NCBI GenBank assembly: GCA_023264445.1
Contig: JAHFMN010000002.1
Span: forward strand, 66,365 to 130,364
DNA length: 64,000 nt
Direction of reading: 5' to 3'
DNA from: Candidatus Kaiserbacteria bacterium
Lineage (GTDB): Bacteria > Patescibacteriota > Minisyncoccia > Phycocordibacterales > Phycocordibacteraceae
Shown one piece after another: positions 1 to 9,633 of this stretch. Numbering within the stretch: the first letter of the stretch is position 1; each line of letters opens with the position of its first letter. A model generated the notes under the pieces. That model worked only from the letters and a program-made list of their open reading frames with translations. It was not told where the DNA came from and searched no databases. A program made the position numbers and the translations under genes.

Positions 1-122
1 AAGCCGCGGTCGCACGCATGATTCCGCGGCTCATCTCTCTGCCGAAGAAAAAGCGTCTGGATGATGAATTGGATGCAATAGGAATTGGTATTACCGGACT
101 TGCTCGGCTTCCATATCATTAA
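1..122 (+). CDS. ruvC: Holliday junction resolvase RuvC, C-terminal fragment (5' truncated by window)
   Basis: Frame 3 reads AAVARMIPRLISLPKKKRLDDELDAIGIGITG..., stop at 120-122. This resembles the RuvC C-terminal MVxxLL...DDxxDAxAI motif. Confidence 0.7.
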   Translation, partial: AAVARMIPRLISLPKKKRLDDELDAIGIGITGLARLPYH

Positions 123-212
123 TCCACACCAATCAATAAAAGTGCTTGCATAAGAAATAGTATTTGTTCAAATGTATCCGTCCCCTATGGGGTTAACGTT
201 TAATCTACGATT

Positions 213-302
213 ATGGATGAACTGCGTCCTGATGATATAGATTCCGAAGAAGAGGCGGATGAAATCGGCTTCGAAGACGAGAGTGAGGAAGAAACGTATT
301 AA
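213..302 (+). CDS. Putative 29-aa highly acidic microprotein
   Basis: Hand-translated: MDELRPDDIDSEEEADEIGFEDESEEETY*. Below the ORF-track cutoff. Confidence 0.4.
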   Translation: MDELRPDDIDSEEEADEIGFEDESEEETY

Positions 303-364
303 ATACGGTATCACCTAGCATGCACGGCTCCACCGGTGGAGCCGTGCATGCTACCATACTCGCC

Positions 365-2524
365 ATGGAGTTCTTCCGGAACGCACCGTGGCGGCACACC
401 TTTTTTGCATCCATTCTCACCATTTTTGGAATCGGTTTCTTCATAACAGGGGGTATTTTTATTGCGGTCGCGGTTTCCCCTGTACCCGACATAATCTCAT
501 TTGCTTCCCGACAAATAGACCAATCAACGAAGATCTACGATCGTACCGGCCAAATCCTTCTCTATGATTATAATCGCGACGCAAAGAGGGATGTCGTCTC
601 AATCGGAGATATATCTCCAAACATTATTAATGCGACGATTGCTATTGAGGATTCTAGTTTTTATGATCATGGTGGCATTCGCTTGACGTCTATTTTCCGT
701 GCCATGCTTGCTGACGCCTTCGGCGGTTCCCTTTCTCAAGGCGGTTCCACCATCACTCAACAGGTCGTAAAAAATACTCTTCTTACAAGCAAGAAGAGTG
801 TCATTCGAAAAATCCACGAATGGGTGCTCGCTATAAAGCTTGAACAGTCCTATTCGAAGGAACAAATTCTTGAAACGTATCTGAATACCATTCCATACGG
901 CGGTACCCTCTATGGCGTTGAAGCGGCTTCTGAATCATACTTCGGCATCCCTGCGAAGGACCTTTCACTCACAGAAGCAGCATATCTCGCTTCAATGATT
1001 CAAGCCCCGTCATATTATTCGCCATACGGTTCCCATCAGATTGAGCTCGATGCACGTAAGAATCTAGTTCTTGAGCGGATGCATACGCTTGGTTTTATAG
1101 ACGATACAGCATATGAACAAGGGTTAGACGAGAAAGTGTCTTTCGCTCCAACGGGACAAAACTCGATCATCGCTCCTCATTTCGTCTTCTATATCCTTGG
1201 TCAACTTGAAGAAATGTACGGTTCAAATGCACTTATCTCTGGATTAAAAGTGACGACCACTCTTGATGCTGAACTTGAAGTAAAAGCTGAATCAATCGTA
1301 AATCGCTATGCGCTCGAAAACACACAGAAATTTAAGGCCTCTAATGCCTCTCTTGTCGCCCTCGATCCTTCTACGGGACAAATCCTTGCAATGGTCGGTT
1401 CACGTGATTTCTTTGACACTGATATCGATGGTCAATATAACGCTACTCTCGCCCTGCGGCAGCCGGGCTCCGCGATGAAACCTTTCATCTACGCACTCTC
1501 ACTCATGCGCGGATATACGCGTAATACGGTCATATTTGATGTACCAACTCAATTTTCCACGAATTGCCGCCCATCAGATACCTCCAATAACGAACCTCCT
1601 TGTTATGCCCCTTCTGATTATGACAATACATTCAGAGGTCCTATGACATTTGAAACTGCACTTGCACAATCAATCAATATTCCCGCTATTAAGGTATTGT
1701 ATTTAGTCGGCATACAGAATGCTATAAATCTTGCAAAATCATTTGGTTTGACTACACTCGGCGACCCCAACCAATACGGACTCACTCTCGTGCTCGGTGG
1801 TGGTGAAGTACGCTTACTCGATCTTACGGGCGCCTATGCTGCTTTTGCAAATGATGGTGTATTACATCCTCCTTCCGGCATACTTGAAGTTACTGATACG
1901 AAAGGGAATATTCTTACCCAATACACTCCTAAACCTTCAAGAGTGCTCCCTGAAAACACTGCACATGACATTTCCGCCATGCTTTCGGACGCGCCAGCAC
2001 GTTTACCAGAATATCCACTTAATTCACCACTTTCATTTTCTGGATATGATGTTGCGGTAAAGACAGGAACTACTGACGACACACGCGACGCATGGGTTGT
2101 TGGATATACCCCTTCAGTCGCCATTGGGGTGTGGGCAGGAAATAATGATAATTCAAAAATGGTGAAATCTGTAGCCGGATTTATTTCAGCACCAATGTGG
2201 CATGAGGTGATGGCGTATGCACTCTCAAAATATCCCAAAATGTATTTTGGTGAACCAAGTCCTATTCCAAACACTGTTCCACAAATGCTTCAGGGAAATT
2301 GGCGTATTCCCGACGCAAATAAGAATATCGTTCCACATAGCTTATTGTATTGGACGGATAAAAATAATCCTCTTGGCCCTCCTCCTTCACATCCTGAACA
2401 AGACCCTCAATTTGAGTATTGGGAATACGGTATTACTGCATGGTATATTTCCCATCCGAATCTCTTTTCAGGAGGGGTTATGCTCCCTGTTCCTCTTTCA
2501 TTCTCCCCTACTACTACTCAATAA
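365..2524 (+). CDS. Class A penicillin-binding protein (transglycosylase/transpeptidase, PBP1A family)
   Basis: N-terminal TM; GT51 motifs EDxxFYxHxG, GGSTITQQ, RKxxE; transpeptidase motifs SAMK, SIN, KTG. Start moved to ATG 365. Confidence 0.95.
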   Translation: MEFFRNAPWRHTFFASILTIFGIGFFITGGIFIAVAVSPVPDIISFASRQIDQSTKIYDRTGQILLYDYNRDAKRDVVSIGDISPNIINATIAIEDSSFYDHGGIRLTSIFRAMLADAFGGSLSQGGSTITQQVVKNTLLTSKKSVIRKIHEWVLAIKLEQSYSKEQILETYLNTIPYGGTLYGVEAASESYFGIPAKDLSLTEAAYLASMIQAPSYYSPYGSHQIELDARKNLVLERMHTLGFIDDTAYEQGLDEKVSFAPTGQNSIIAPHFVFYILGQLEEMYGSNALISGLKVTTTLDAELEVKAESIVNRYALENTQKFKASNASLVALDPSTGQILAMVGSRDFFDTDIDGQYNATLALRQPGSAMKPFIYALSLMRGYTRNTVIFDVPTQFSTNCRPSDTSNNEPPCYAPSDYDNTFRGPMTFETALAQSINIPAIKVLYLVGIQNAINLAKSFGLTTLGDPNQYGLTLVLGGGEVRLLDLTGAYAAFANDGVLHPPSGILEVTDTKGNILTQYTPKPSRVLPENTAHDISAMLSDAPARLPEYPLNSPLSFSGYDVAVKTGTTDDTRDAWVVGYTPSVAIGVWAGNNDNSKMVKSVAGFISAPMWHEVMAYALSKYPKMYFGEPSPIPNTVPQMLQGNWRIPDANKNIVPHSLLYWTDKNNPLGPPPSHPEQDPQFEYWEYGITAWYISHPNLFSGGVMLPVPLSFSPTTTQ

Positions 2525-2527
2525 ACA

Positions 2528-3628
2528 TTACTGATTCATCGGAGATACAAGATAGAGAAGTGATGGATCATTAACACCTTTAATAATGAGTGGGCGGCCG
2601 ATACCAGCTGCGGTTATTGAGAGACTTTCTGCTGTAGTAAGAGAAAATATTGTTGAGAGATAACGATGATTAAAGGAAAGTTCAATATCACTTCCTGATA
2701 TTTGTGCTGGAAATGTTTCGGATGATTCTCCCACTTCAGTATTTTTTGCAAAGAAAGAAAAGATATTCTTTTTTTGATTAAAGCCAATACGTATTTTTTG
2801 GAATGAATCAGAAAAGATGGTTGTTCGCTTTAATCCTGCTTCAAAATCTTTTCGAAGAATAATTGCTTCTACAACCGATTCCTTTGGTATGATTTGTCGA
2901 TAATCGGGATAAATTGCGTTCGTGAGTCGTGAAACTATCATCCCGGTATTCCCTACGAATGCACATTGATGGTCATCGAACGATAGAATAATATCCTCAT
3001 CAGGTAGTGCTTGAGCTATATCGAGCGCATTTTTTGCAGGAATAAGGAATTTTCCTTGTGTACCTTTATTTGAAAGAGGTATTTTTTTCTCCGTAAGCCG
3101 GAATGAATCAGTTGCAACTGCAGTGAGTAATCCTCCTTCTATAGAGAGATAGAGACTTGAAAGTTCTGGGCGAATAGTTGAAGTTGATGCACAGGAAGAA
3201 ATTGAATTAAATAGGTTCTTTAAAAGAACCCCTGAAAGTACGATTCTATTTTTTGGATTTTCTGGAAATGGTATAGAAGGAAAATCGTCGTAGGGTATGG
3301 TTTTTATTGAACTTTTCCCCATACCACTCTTAAGAGAAATAATATCCCCTATATGTTCAAGAGATATTTTTCCTTCTTGAGTCAGAGAAGTAGCTATTTG
3401 TTGTAATAGAATTGCAGGAATTGCTACGACGCCATGAGAAATAACTTCTCCTTCTAGTTTTAAATCAATACCAGTTTCGAGATTGGTAGCTCTCATTTTA
3501 ATACCTTCATCCCCCGCAACTATAAGGATAGAAGAAAGAACAGGGAGTGTAGTTGTCTTTCGTTCTGCAAAACGAGAGACGGTATGTACTGCTTCAGAGA
3601 ATGTCTTTTTTTCTATTGAAATATTCAT
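2528..3628 (-). CDS. dnaN: DNA polymerase III beta sliding clamp
   Basis: Motifs ATNLE, VATDSFRL, YPDYRQIIP, LVSPM; directly downstream of dnaA. Start set at MNISIEK. Confidence 0.95.
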   Translation of the reverse strand: MNISIEKKTFSEAVHTVSRFAERKTTTLPVLSSILIVAGDEGIKMRATNLETGIDLKLEGEVISHGVVAIPAILLQQIATSLTQEGKISLEHIGDIISLKSGMGKSSIKTIPYDDFPSIPFPENPKNRIVLSGVLLKNLFNSISSCASTSTIRPELSSLYLSIEGGLLTAVATDSFRLTEKKIPLSNKGTQGKFLIPAKNALDIAQALPDEDIILSFDDHQCAFVGNTGMIVSRLTNAIYPDYRQIIPKESVVEAIILRKDFEAGLKRTTIFSDSFQKIRIGFNQKKNIFSFFAKNTEVGESSETFPAQISGSDIELSFNHRYLSTIFSLTTAESLSITAAGIGRPLIIKGVNDPSLLYLVSPMNQ

Positions 3629-3739
3629 ATCATTCCTATTAGGAGTGTGGATAAGTGGAGAAAGAAAAAATACGATGTATATATTGATTATTTTTTCCAC
3701 CTATACACGAATATAGTGTGGATAGATAGTAGGAAAAGA
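3629..3739. other. Candidate oriC: AT-rich dnaA-dnaN spacer with DnaA boxes
   Basis: Perfect TGTGGATAA at 3646-3654, TGTGGATAG at 3717-3725, weaker boxes near 3693-3709; canonical position between dnaA and dnaN. Confidence 0.7.
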
Positions 3740-5098
3740 TCATACAAGAAGTGTGCGGATATTTTGAATTTCTTTTGCGAGCTCATTATCAACAACTACT
3801 TCACGCTTTATTTTCTCACATGAGTGGATAACTGTTGTATGATCGCGCCCACCAAGTTTTGTTCCGATAGTTGGATACGAAATACTAAAATCCTCACGAA
3901 GAATATACATAATGACTTGCCGTGGGCGCACCACTTCCCTTCTTCGGGTCTTTTCATAAATACTTTCTTCATCAATTCCATAATATTCAGCAACCTTATC
4001 AACCACATTTTTCACAGATATATTTTTCTGGGGTCGGGTGAATGAACGTAATGATTGTCTCACTTCAGCAATATCAGGGGAAGATCCTTTTACTTGAGCA
4101 TGGCAAATAATACTATTCACCATTCCTTCTAATTCTCGAATAGATCCTGATATAGAAGTAGCGACATATTCAACCACCTCATCCGACAATAAAATACCGT
4201 GTAACGAAGCCTTTTTCCGAACAATAGTCATACGTGATTCAGGATCAGGTTCACCAATATCAATAGTCATTCCGCTTGCTAAACGACCCTTCAAGCGCTC
4301 GGCGATATCAGGGATAGCAGCAGGCGCTCGATCAGAAGAAAAGATAATCTGCTTATTTGTATCGTGGAGGGTATTGAATAAGTGAAATAGTTCCTCCTCC
4401 GTCTTCAATTTTTTAGAAAGAAACTGTACATCATCCATGATAAGAAGATCATATTGACGGTATTTATCTTTAAATCGATTTGCTGTTCCTGCTTGCACAG
4501 AATCGGTGTAATCAATAGTGAATTTTTCAGAGGTAAGATAAAACACTTTACGTCCTTGGTACTGTTTTTTAAATTGATTACCGATAGCTTGAATGAGGTG
4601 TGTTTTACCACGGCCAGTGTCGCCGTAGATGAAGAGAGGATTATAGGTAATACCTGGACGATTCAGTACCGCTTGTGCCGCTGCGTATGCAAGATTATTG
4701 AATGAACCAATAACAAACGTATCAAATGTATAACGAGGATTCAGATTATCGCTTTTATTAATATAAAATTCATCCAACGGAAGTTCCAAAATACCCCGTA
4801 AAGGGTTTTTGTTCTCTTTTTGGGACTTATTACGATGTTCATCCTTAACGATGAGATATTCAATGTTCCGAAATTCATATGAAATATCTCGGATAATTTT
4901 TAAGAGTAGAGAATGAAATTTCTTCAGGTACCAATCTTTAAAGAATTGGCTGGGTACACCGATATATACCACTCCATCCTCCCCTATCTTCACAATAAAA
5001 CTGTTGCGAAACCATGTATTGAAGTTTGCTGGCGATATAGAAAGTTCAATTTGAGTCAGAACGTATTCCCAGAGTTCCCGTGGATTCCCTTTGTCCAT
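3740..5098 (-). CDS. dnaA: Chromosomal replication initiator DnaA
   Basis: Motifs YNPLFIYGDTGRGKTHL, DDVQF, RELEG, GGRDHTTVIH. Confidence 0.98.
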   Translation of the reverse strand: MDKGNPRELWEYVLTQIELSISPANFNTWFRNSFIVKIGEDGVVYIGVPSQFFKDWYLKKFHSLLLKIIRDISYEFRNIEYLIVKDEHRNKSQKENKNPLRGILELPLDEFYINKSDNLNPRYTFDTFVIGSFNNLAYAAAQAVLNRPGITYNPLFIYGDTGRGKTHLIQAIGNQFKKQYQGRKVFYLTSEKFTIDYTDSVQAGTANRFKDKYRQYDLLIMDDVQFLSKKLKTEEELFHLFNTLHDTNKQIIFSSDRAPAAIPDIAERLKGRLASGMTIDIGEPDPESRMTIVRKKASLHGILLSDEVVEYVATSISGSIRELEGMVNSIICHAQVKGSSPDIAEVRQSLRSFTRPQKNISVKNVVDKVAEYYGIDEESIYEKTRRREVVRPRQVIMYILREDFSISYPTIGTKLGGRDHTTVIHSCEKIKREVVVDNELAKEIQNIRTLLV

Positions 5099-5170
5099 GA
5101 TGAGATGGAGTATACGCCGTCCCGGAATGAATAGCACGTGTGGTGTTTCGGGGAGAACCTGTTAATATTA

Positions 5171-5179
5171 TGTGTATAA
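5171..5179. promoter_or_regulatory. DnaA box in the dnaA-rpmH divergent promoter region
   Basis: TGTGTATAA (reverse complement TTATACACA) fits TT(A/T)TNCACA. Confidence 0.6.
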
Positions 5180-5198
5180 CCTAATCTTGCATTCCAGT

Positions 5199-5336
5199 AT
5201 GTCAAAACGGACCTATCAGCCGAAGAAGAAGAAGAGGGCCACAACCCATGGGTTCCTTTCACGCTCGAAAACAAGCGCCGGCCGTGCCATTGTGAGGCGC
5301 CGGCGCCATGCTGGTCGCACGCGGCTTACTCCATAG
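5199..5336 (+). CDS. rpmH: 50S ribosomal protein L34
   Basis: Hand-translated [45 protein letters not shown]; divergent from dnaA. Confidence 0.95.
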   Translation: MSKRTYQPKKKKRATTHGFLSRSKTSAGRAIVRRRRHAGRTRLTP

Positions 5337-5337
5337 C

Positions 5338-5649
5338 GTGTTTCCGCGCCGTAAGCGGTTTCCTCGTGCACTCTTCCCTACTGCCCTGAAGGGTGGACGT
5401 CGTCTTTCTTCTCCCCACTTCTCCATAATCCTTCCAAGGGAAGGCGCAGGATACGCGGTTGTAGTGTCAAAAAAGGTCGCCCGCCTCTCGGTTACCCGGC
5501 ATCGTATAAAGCGACGGATTCTTGAGGTACTCCGTACACTTCCTCTCCCACAAGCTCTCATTATCTTCCCAAAGTCTTCTGCCGCCGATATCCCCCGTCA
5601 AGAGATATACATAGAACTAGAAACCCTCCTTTCCAATACGCGGTCATAG
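5338..5649 (+). CDS. rnpA: Ribonuclease P protein component
   Basis: VVVSKKVARLSVTRHRIKRRI (RNR motif variant); synteny rpmH-rnpA-yidC; GTG start. Confidence 0.9.
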   Translation: MFPRRKRFPRALFPTALKGGRRLSSPHFSIILPREGAGYAVVVSKKVARLSVTRHRIKRRILEVLRTLPLPQALIIFPKSSAADIPRQEIYIELETLLSNTRS

Positions 5650-5663
5650 CGTACAATACCCCT

Positions 5664-6395
5664 GTGATTTCATCTTTCTTTCACGCGGTGTTCTACGATC
5701 CGATTTATAACGCACTTGTCGCGCTCGTTTCTTTCATCCCTGGATCTGATGTTGGTATCGCCATCATCCTTATCACCATCCTCATCCGACTCGTCCTTCT
5801 CCCCTTCTCTCTTTCAGCGGCACGCACCCAGCGCGCGATGAAAATAATCGAACCGAAGATAAAGGAATTGAAGGAAAAGTATAAAGACGATAAAGAAAAG
5901 GAGGCGCTTGAGACCCTTGCTCTCTATCGTGAAGAGAAGGTAAATCCGTTTGCAAGTATCCTCATGGTTTTTATTCAGATTCCGGTCCTACTTGCTCTGT
6001 ATTTTGTCTTCTATCATGAACCATTTCCCGCCATCAATATTGCGCGGCTATATCCATTCACTCCAGTCCCTGGTATGGCATCGCTTGAATTCCTCGGTCT
6101 TATTTCGGTTGCAGGAAAAAGCCTGGTGCTTGCCTTTCTTGCAGGACTTACACAATTTTTCCAGGCACACGCAGCTCTTTCGGGGACTATGAAACCACCA
6201 GAAGGTACTGGCATGCAGGCCGATTTCCAGAGGATTATGGGACTGCAGCTGAAATACGTCTTCCCATTCCTTATCGGGACTATTTCCTATACGACGTCTG
6301 GCGCCATCGCGCTGTATTTCATCACGACGAACCTCGTCGGCGTACTGCAAGAAATGTATGTGCGCCGAGCACTCTCAAAAGAATCATCAAAATGA
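5664..6395 (+). CDS. yidC: YidC/Oxa1 membrane protein insertase
   Basis: GIAIILITILIRLVLLP, coiled region, QIPVLLALY; synteny. Confidence 0.93.
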   Translation: MISSFFHAVFYDPIYNALVALVSFIPGSDVGIAIILITILIRLVLLPFSLSAARTQRAMKIIEPKIKELKEKYKDDKEKEALETLALYREEKVNPFASILMVFIQIPVLLALYFVFYHEPFPAINIARLYPFTPVPGMASLEFLGLISVAGKSLVLAFLAGLTQFFQAHAALSGTMKPPEGTGMQADFQRIMGLQLKYVFPFLIGTISYTTSGAIALYFITTNLVGVLQEMYVRRALSKESSK

Positions 6396-7577
6396 GTAAC
6401 TCCAGAGAGAACTATCATTCTTGTTAAGAAACACGAGCGTCGTACCCGAAGGATCGAGCGCGAGTGAGGAAGCATCAAGTACGTCTTTCGTTTCTGCTGT
6501 GAAATCAAGGACGAGCTGTGCATAACGACTTGTGACATCGATCCTCCATATACGGTCGGAGAAATGAACTATTCCCTGATACCAGTCATCGGGATAACGG
6601 GAAGAAGGAGGATTCACAGGTACACCGCAATACAGAGAAGAATCATCATTTGTCCATACACATTTTTCAGCAATAGTTGCGATAGGAAGAGGAATAGATT
6701 CTCCCGTCACTGTGTGTACGAGCCTCATCTGCATGGTGTTTCCGAGGGTGTAGCTTATAAGTGCCCACTTCCCCGACGGGCTCGTAAGGGCAGTAAGGCC
6801 ATAGAGTGGCCCGGCGATTCGGGAGAAATGTCCGGTGGTATCCACAAGAAATGCATCGCCCTGAAGAGATGATGAAGGCTTTGTATATGCAAGATATTGA
6901 TTCTTTCCGGCAAAGGAAATAATGAGAGAGGAAAGGGGCGTACGGAATATTTCGGCCGTATGCGAGCCGTCAGTACGTGAGAGAGAAGCGACTGAACCAT
7001 TTACTCCAGAAGAAAGTGTAAGCACATTTGTTGAGGAAAGAGAGATACCAGAGAGGTTCTGTGACAAAAAGAAGCCGTTTGTACCGGTCGATGGGAGCGC
7101 GTAAGTGTTAATGGTGGAAAAGTCAGCACCTGAAAGATACCGAACAAACGCAAACGACCCATTTGGAAGCCAGAGAGCAGACTGAATACCCGGAAGGGTT
7201 TTATTTGATATGCGAGTAGACCTCTTTGTCGCTGTGCTGTAGGAAAAGATATTGCCACTCTGTCGCTCAATGTACTGGGCGATGACTTCAGACGATGAAC
7301 TTGCACTCCCTCCCTTATTGATAACGATTTCTCCAGGCACAATCGGTCCCTCACTTACTTTCACTAATCGTGACGAAACAGAAGTCGCTGTGCCCGAAGA
7401 AGGAGGAATAATAGTCACTTCCTGCGAAGGAGGAGTCCCCTGCCCTGCCACAGGTAGACCAGTGTCCCCTCCCGGCGCAACGGTGACATTCGCGGAACGC
7501 ATAAAGAAGAAATACGCCGCCACGCCGGCAACTGCGAGGAGGAGTACGATTGCTGCGATGATAAGGGTTCGTCGCAT
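6387..7577 (-). CDS. Membrane-anchored hypothetical protein, probable beta-propeller-like extracellular domain
   Basis: N-terminal TM, Ser/Thr-rich beta-type repeats (WLPNGS, SPSGKW, LDPSGT); last gene of the T4SS-like operon. Confidence 0.65.
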   Translation of the reverse strand: MRRTLIIAAIVLLLAVAGVAAYFFFMRSANVTVAPGGDTGLPVAGQGTPPSQEVTIIPPSSGTATSVSSRLVKVSEGPIVPGEIVINKGGSASSSSEVIAQYIERQSGNIFSYSTATKRSTRISNKTLPGIQSALWLPNGSFAFVRYLSGADFSTINTYALPSTGTNGFFLSQNLSGISLSSTNVLTLSSGVNGSVASLSRTDGSHTAEIFRTPLSSLIISFAGKNQYLAYTKPSSSLQGDAFLVDTTGHFSRIAGPLYGLTALTSPSGKWALISYTLGNTMQMRLVHTVTGESIPLPIATIAEKCVWTNDDSSLYCGVPVNPPSSRYPDDWYQGIVHFSDRIWRIDVTSRYAQLVLDFTAETKDVLDASSLALDPSGTTLVFLNKNDSSLWSYSF

Positions 7578-7583
7578 ATTTAT

Positions 7584-8612
7584 TTATGGAGAACAAGTCA
7601 GTGACACGCCGTAGCAAATGACACCATATTGACTTGTAGTGGTGTACGTCACCCCCATCGACTCTGAACACCCATTCGTGAGTGATGTCCATGAATAAGT
7701 AGAGAGTGAATGGCTAGCTATAAATGCGGCTCCGGCAGCAGTTATGGTAGCTTTCATCGTACCCCCATCTGCAGTGCACCCTGCGCTAAAGGCATTTTGA
7801 ATTTGTGAATCCCTCGGTACAACCGTACTGTCCCACCCAGGGATAATTCCAAAAAGATGAGTCGCCTTTTGGTACTGAACGGTTATACTTTTTCCACAAT
7901 AGAGAGTGACACTCGCATCCACACAGTTACCGCTAGCATTTTCAGTTTGGCAAGACGCGATGGTCGGGGATAATCCATTGCTGCAGCTATAGCTTGATGC
8001 ATAATTTTGACTTGAACATACTGCTCTCTCGAGATAGGGGCCACTGCTTCCGGTCGTGCATCCAGCTGATGGAGCAGTCACCGAGGTCTGGGACCCATTG
8101 TTTGAGGTGGATCCGGTTGTTAACGTTTGTCCAGGTGCGGTGTCGAGTGGGCGGAGGTTGAGAGAGAGATTCAGGATACTCGGGTTGATGATCGAGAAGA
8201 CGAGAACGGGAGAGAGAACAAGTACAAGGCCGAAGATCGCCTGCACGATGCGTCCTTTTGCATCCGTTAGCTTGCTAACGTTTTCTTTATTAACCGCAAT
8301 CTCAAGCCCACCCCAGATGATTTCTATGACGGCAAGAGCTGCAGCGAGCCCAATGAGGTATTTGTAGAGATTATTGAAGAAGTTTGCGAGCGATTCTGAA
8401 TTGGCGATGGCCGAACTGGGATCAGTAAGTCCTGGAATTGGTGCGAGGGCAACGAATTCCTCCGCTAAGACATGAGGTGCTATCCCGAAGAGAAGGAAGC
8501 TACCTGCGATAAATAGTATTTTTTTCATCCCGTTAGAAATAGAACTTACAAGGTAATCTTTCAATGTTCGTTTATTATTCATGCTTTGCTCGTTATTTCT
8601 AACGGGATTCAT
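7584..8612 (-). CDS. TrbC/VirB2-like (T4SS pilin) domain protein with Cys-rich C-terminal extension
   Basis: Signal peptide, then FFNNLYKYLIGLAAALAVIEIIWGG...AKGRIVQAIFGLVLVL...IINP, the two-TM pilin pattern of CPR, followed by a Cys-rich tail. Confidence 0.7.
   Translation of the reverse strand: MNPVRNNEQSMNNKRTLKDYLVSSISNGMKKILFIAGSFLLFGIAPHVLAEEFVALAPIPGLTDPSSAIANSESLANFFNNLYKYLIGLAAALAVIEIIWGGLEIAVNKENVSKLTDAKGRIVQAIFGLVLVLSPVLVFSIINPSILNLSLNLRPLDTAPGQTLTTGSTSNNGSQTSVTAPSAGCTTGSSGPYLERAVCSSQNYASSYSCSNGLSPTIASCQTENASGNCVDASVTLYCGKSITVQYQKATHLFGIIPGWDSTVVPRDSQIQNAFSAGCTADGGTMKATITAAGAAFIASHSLSTYSWTSLTNGCSESMGVTYTTTSQYGVICYGVSLTCSP
8525..8608. mobile_element. 84-bp miniature inverted-repeat (MITE/REP-like) element
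   Basis: Perfect 15-bp IR ATCCCGTTAGAAATA (8527-8541) / TATTTCTAACGGGAT (8594-8608); TCAT repeated at 8525-8528 and 8609-8612. Confidence 0.65.
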
Positions 8613-9604
8613 AGGCCGAAGAGATTAAATCCTTTTGTCGTGCCGAAGGAGAGTGAGAGATTTGTAGAAGCTCTCATATAGTCGCCAGAGGAAGCGACGA
8701 GTGAAAGAGAGGCACTTCCCTGCCCGTTCCCAGAGGGTCGCAGGGTTATTATGCCTCCCGTCTGCGCGTGTACACCGTTGAGGAACCACTCGAGAGTAGG
8801 TGAACCGCGCGACGTCCCGAAGGAAAACGGGGCGGCAAAAAGTGTTGCCTCGGCACTCTTGATGCTATAGGAGCCGAAAAGTGCATGGTCGAAGCGGACT
8901 CCAAGGAGTGGATCGTTCTCATAGATGCGCACTGAAGGATCGAGAGCGGAGAGTGAGAGAGTAGAACCACCTACCAAGCTTCCATCTTGGCTCATGACCG
9001 AGACCGAGACTTCGCGGGAACGGTATTGGAGTGGAGAGGCGACCATAATCGCCTCTTTACCAATACCAGAAGCGTTTGTGATCTGTGCCTTATCAACTAT
9101 CCATGTGTAGGAAAGTGTATGTGGATCAAGCGCCTTCCCGCTCGCATTTCTCATGTTCGCAATGGCGACAACTCGCACATTCCCCTCAAGCGGTACCGAA
9201 GGTTTTCCCGGATACAGTGGCGGAGCCGAGGAGATCGGCTCCGCCACAAGCGCGACATCTTGGGGTTGAATAGCAATTGATTGAGAGTACTGTGTCCCGC
9301 CAGACGTTATAGAGACCTCTACCTGTGTCACAGCCCCAGCTTTGCCGAGCGTAACGGTCATCGGCTGTATGTTGCCTTTATAGATATTCTTTCCGGCAAC
9401 CATGACAGACATCGACGCATTCGTTAGGTCAATAGTGGAAGAAAGGAATGAAAGTGTAGCTTGACCATATGGCATCGGATACTGCGGAGATATTGAAACA
9501 GAAAATGAGGAAGCACTACTGCCAAAGTCTCCGAGAGATTGTGCTGAGATTGAAAGAGGCAGTAAAAGCGCAATAGCAAGAGCGACAGGTGGTCCGAAGC
9601 GCAT
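8609..9604 (-). CDS. Exported hypothetical protein (Ig-like beta-sandwich repeats likely)
   Basis: Signal peptide; beta-rich; LSYTW and LEWFLNG motifs. Confidence 0.7.
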   Translation of the reverse strand: MRFGPPVALAIALLLPLSISAQSLGDFGSSASSFSVSISPQYPMPYGQATLSFLSSTIDLTNASMSVMVAGKNIYKGNIQPMTVTLGKAGAVTQVEVSITSGGTQYSQSIAIQPQDVALVAEPISSAPPLYPGKPSVPLEGNVRVVAIANMRNASGKALDPHTLSYTWIVDKAQITNASGIGKEAIMVASPLQYRSREVSVSVMSQDGSLVGGSTLSLSALDPSVRIYENDPLLGVRFDHALFGSYSIKSAEATLFAAPFSFGTSRGSPTLEWFLNGVHAQTGGIITLRPSGNGQGSASLSLVASSGDYMRASTNLSLSFGTTKGFNLFGL

Positions 9605-9633
9605 GCTTCTAGTATATAGCCTGCGCAGCGCCC

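Noticed and set aside
1396-1411. parS-like CGGTTCACGTGATTTC in the PBP gene
   Set aside because: Too many mismatches and isolated from other copies.
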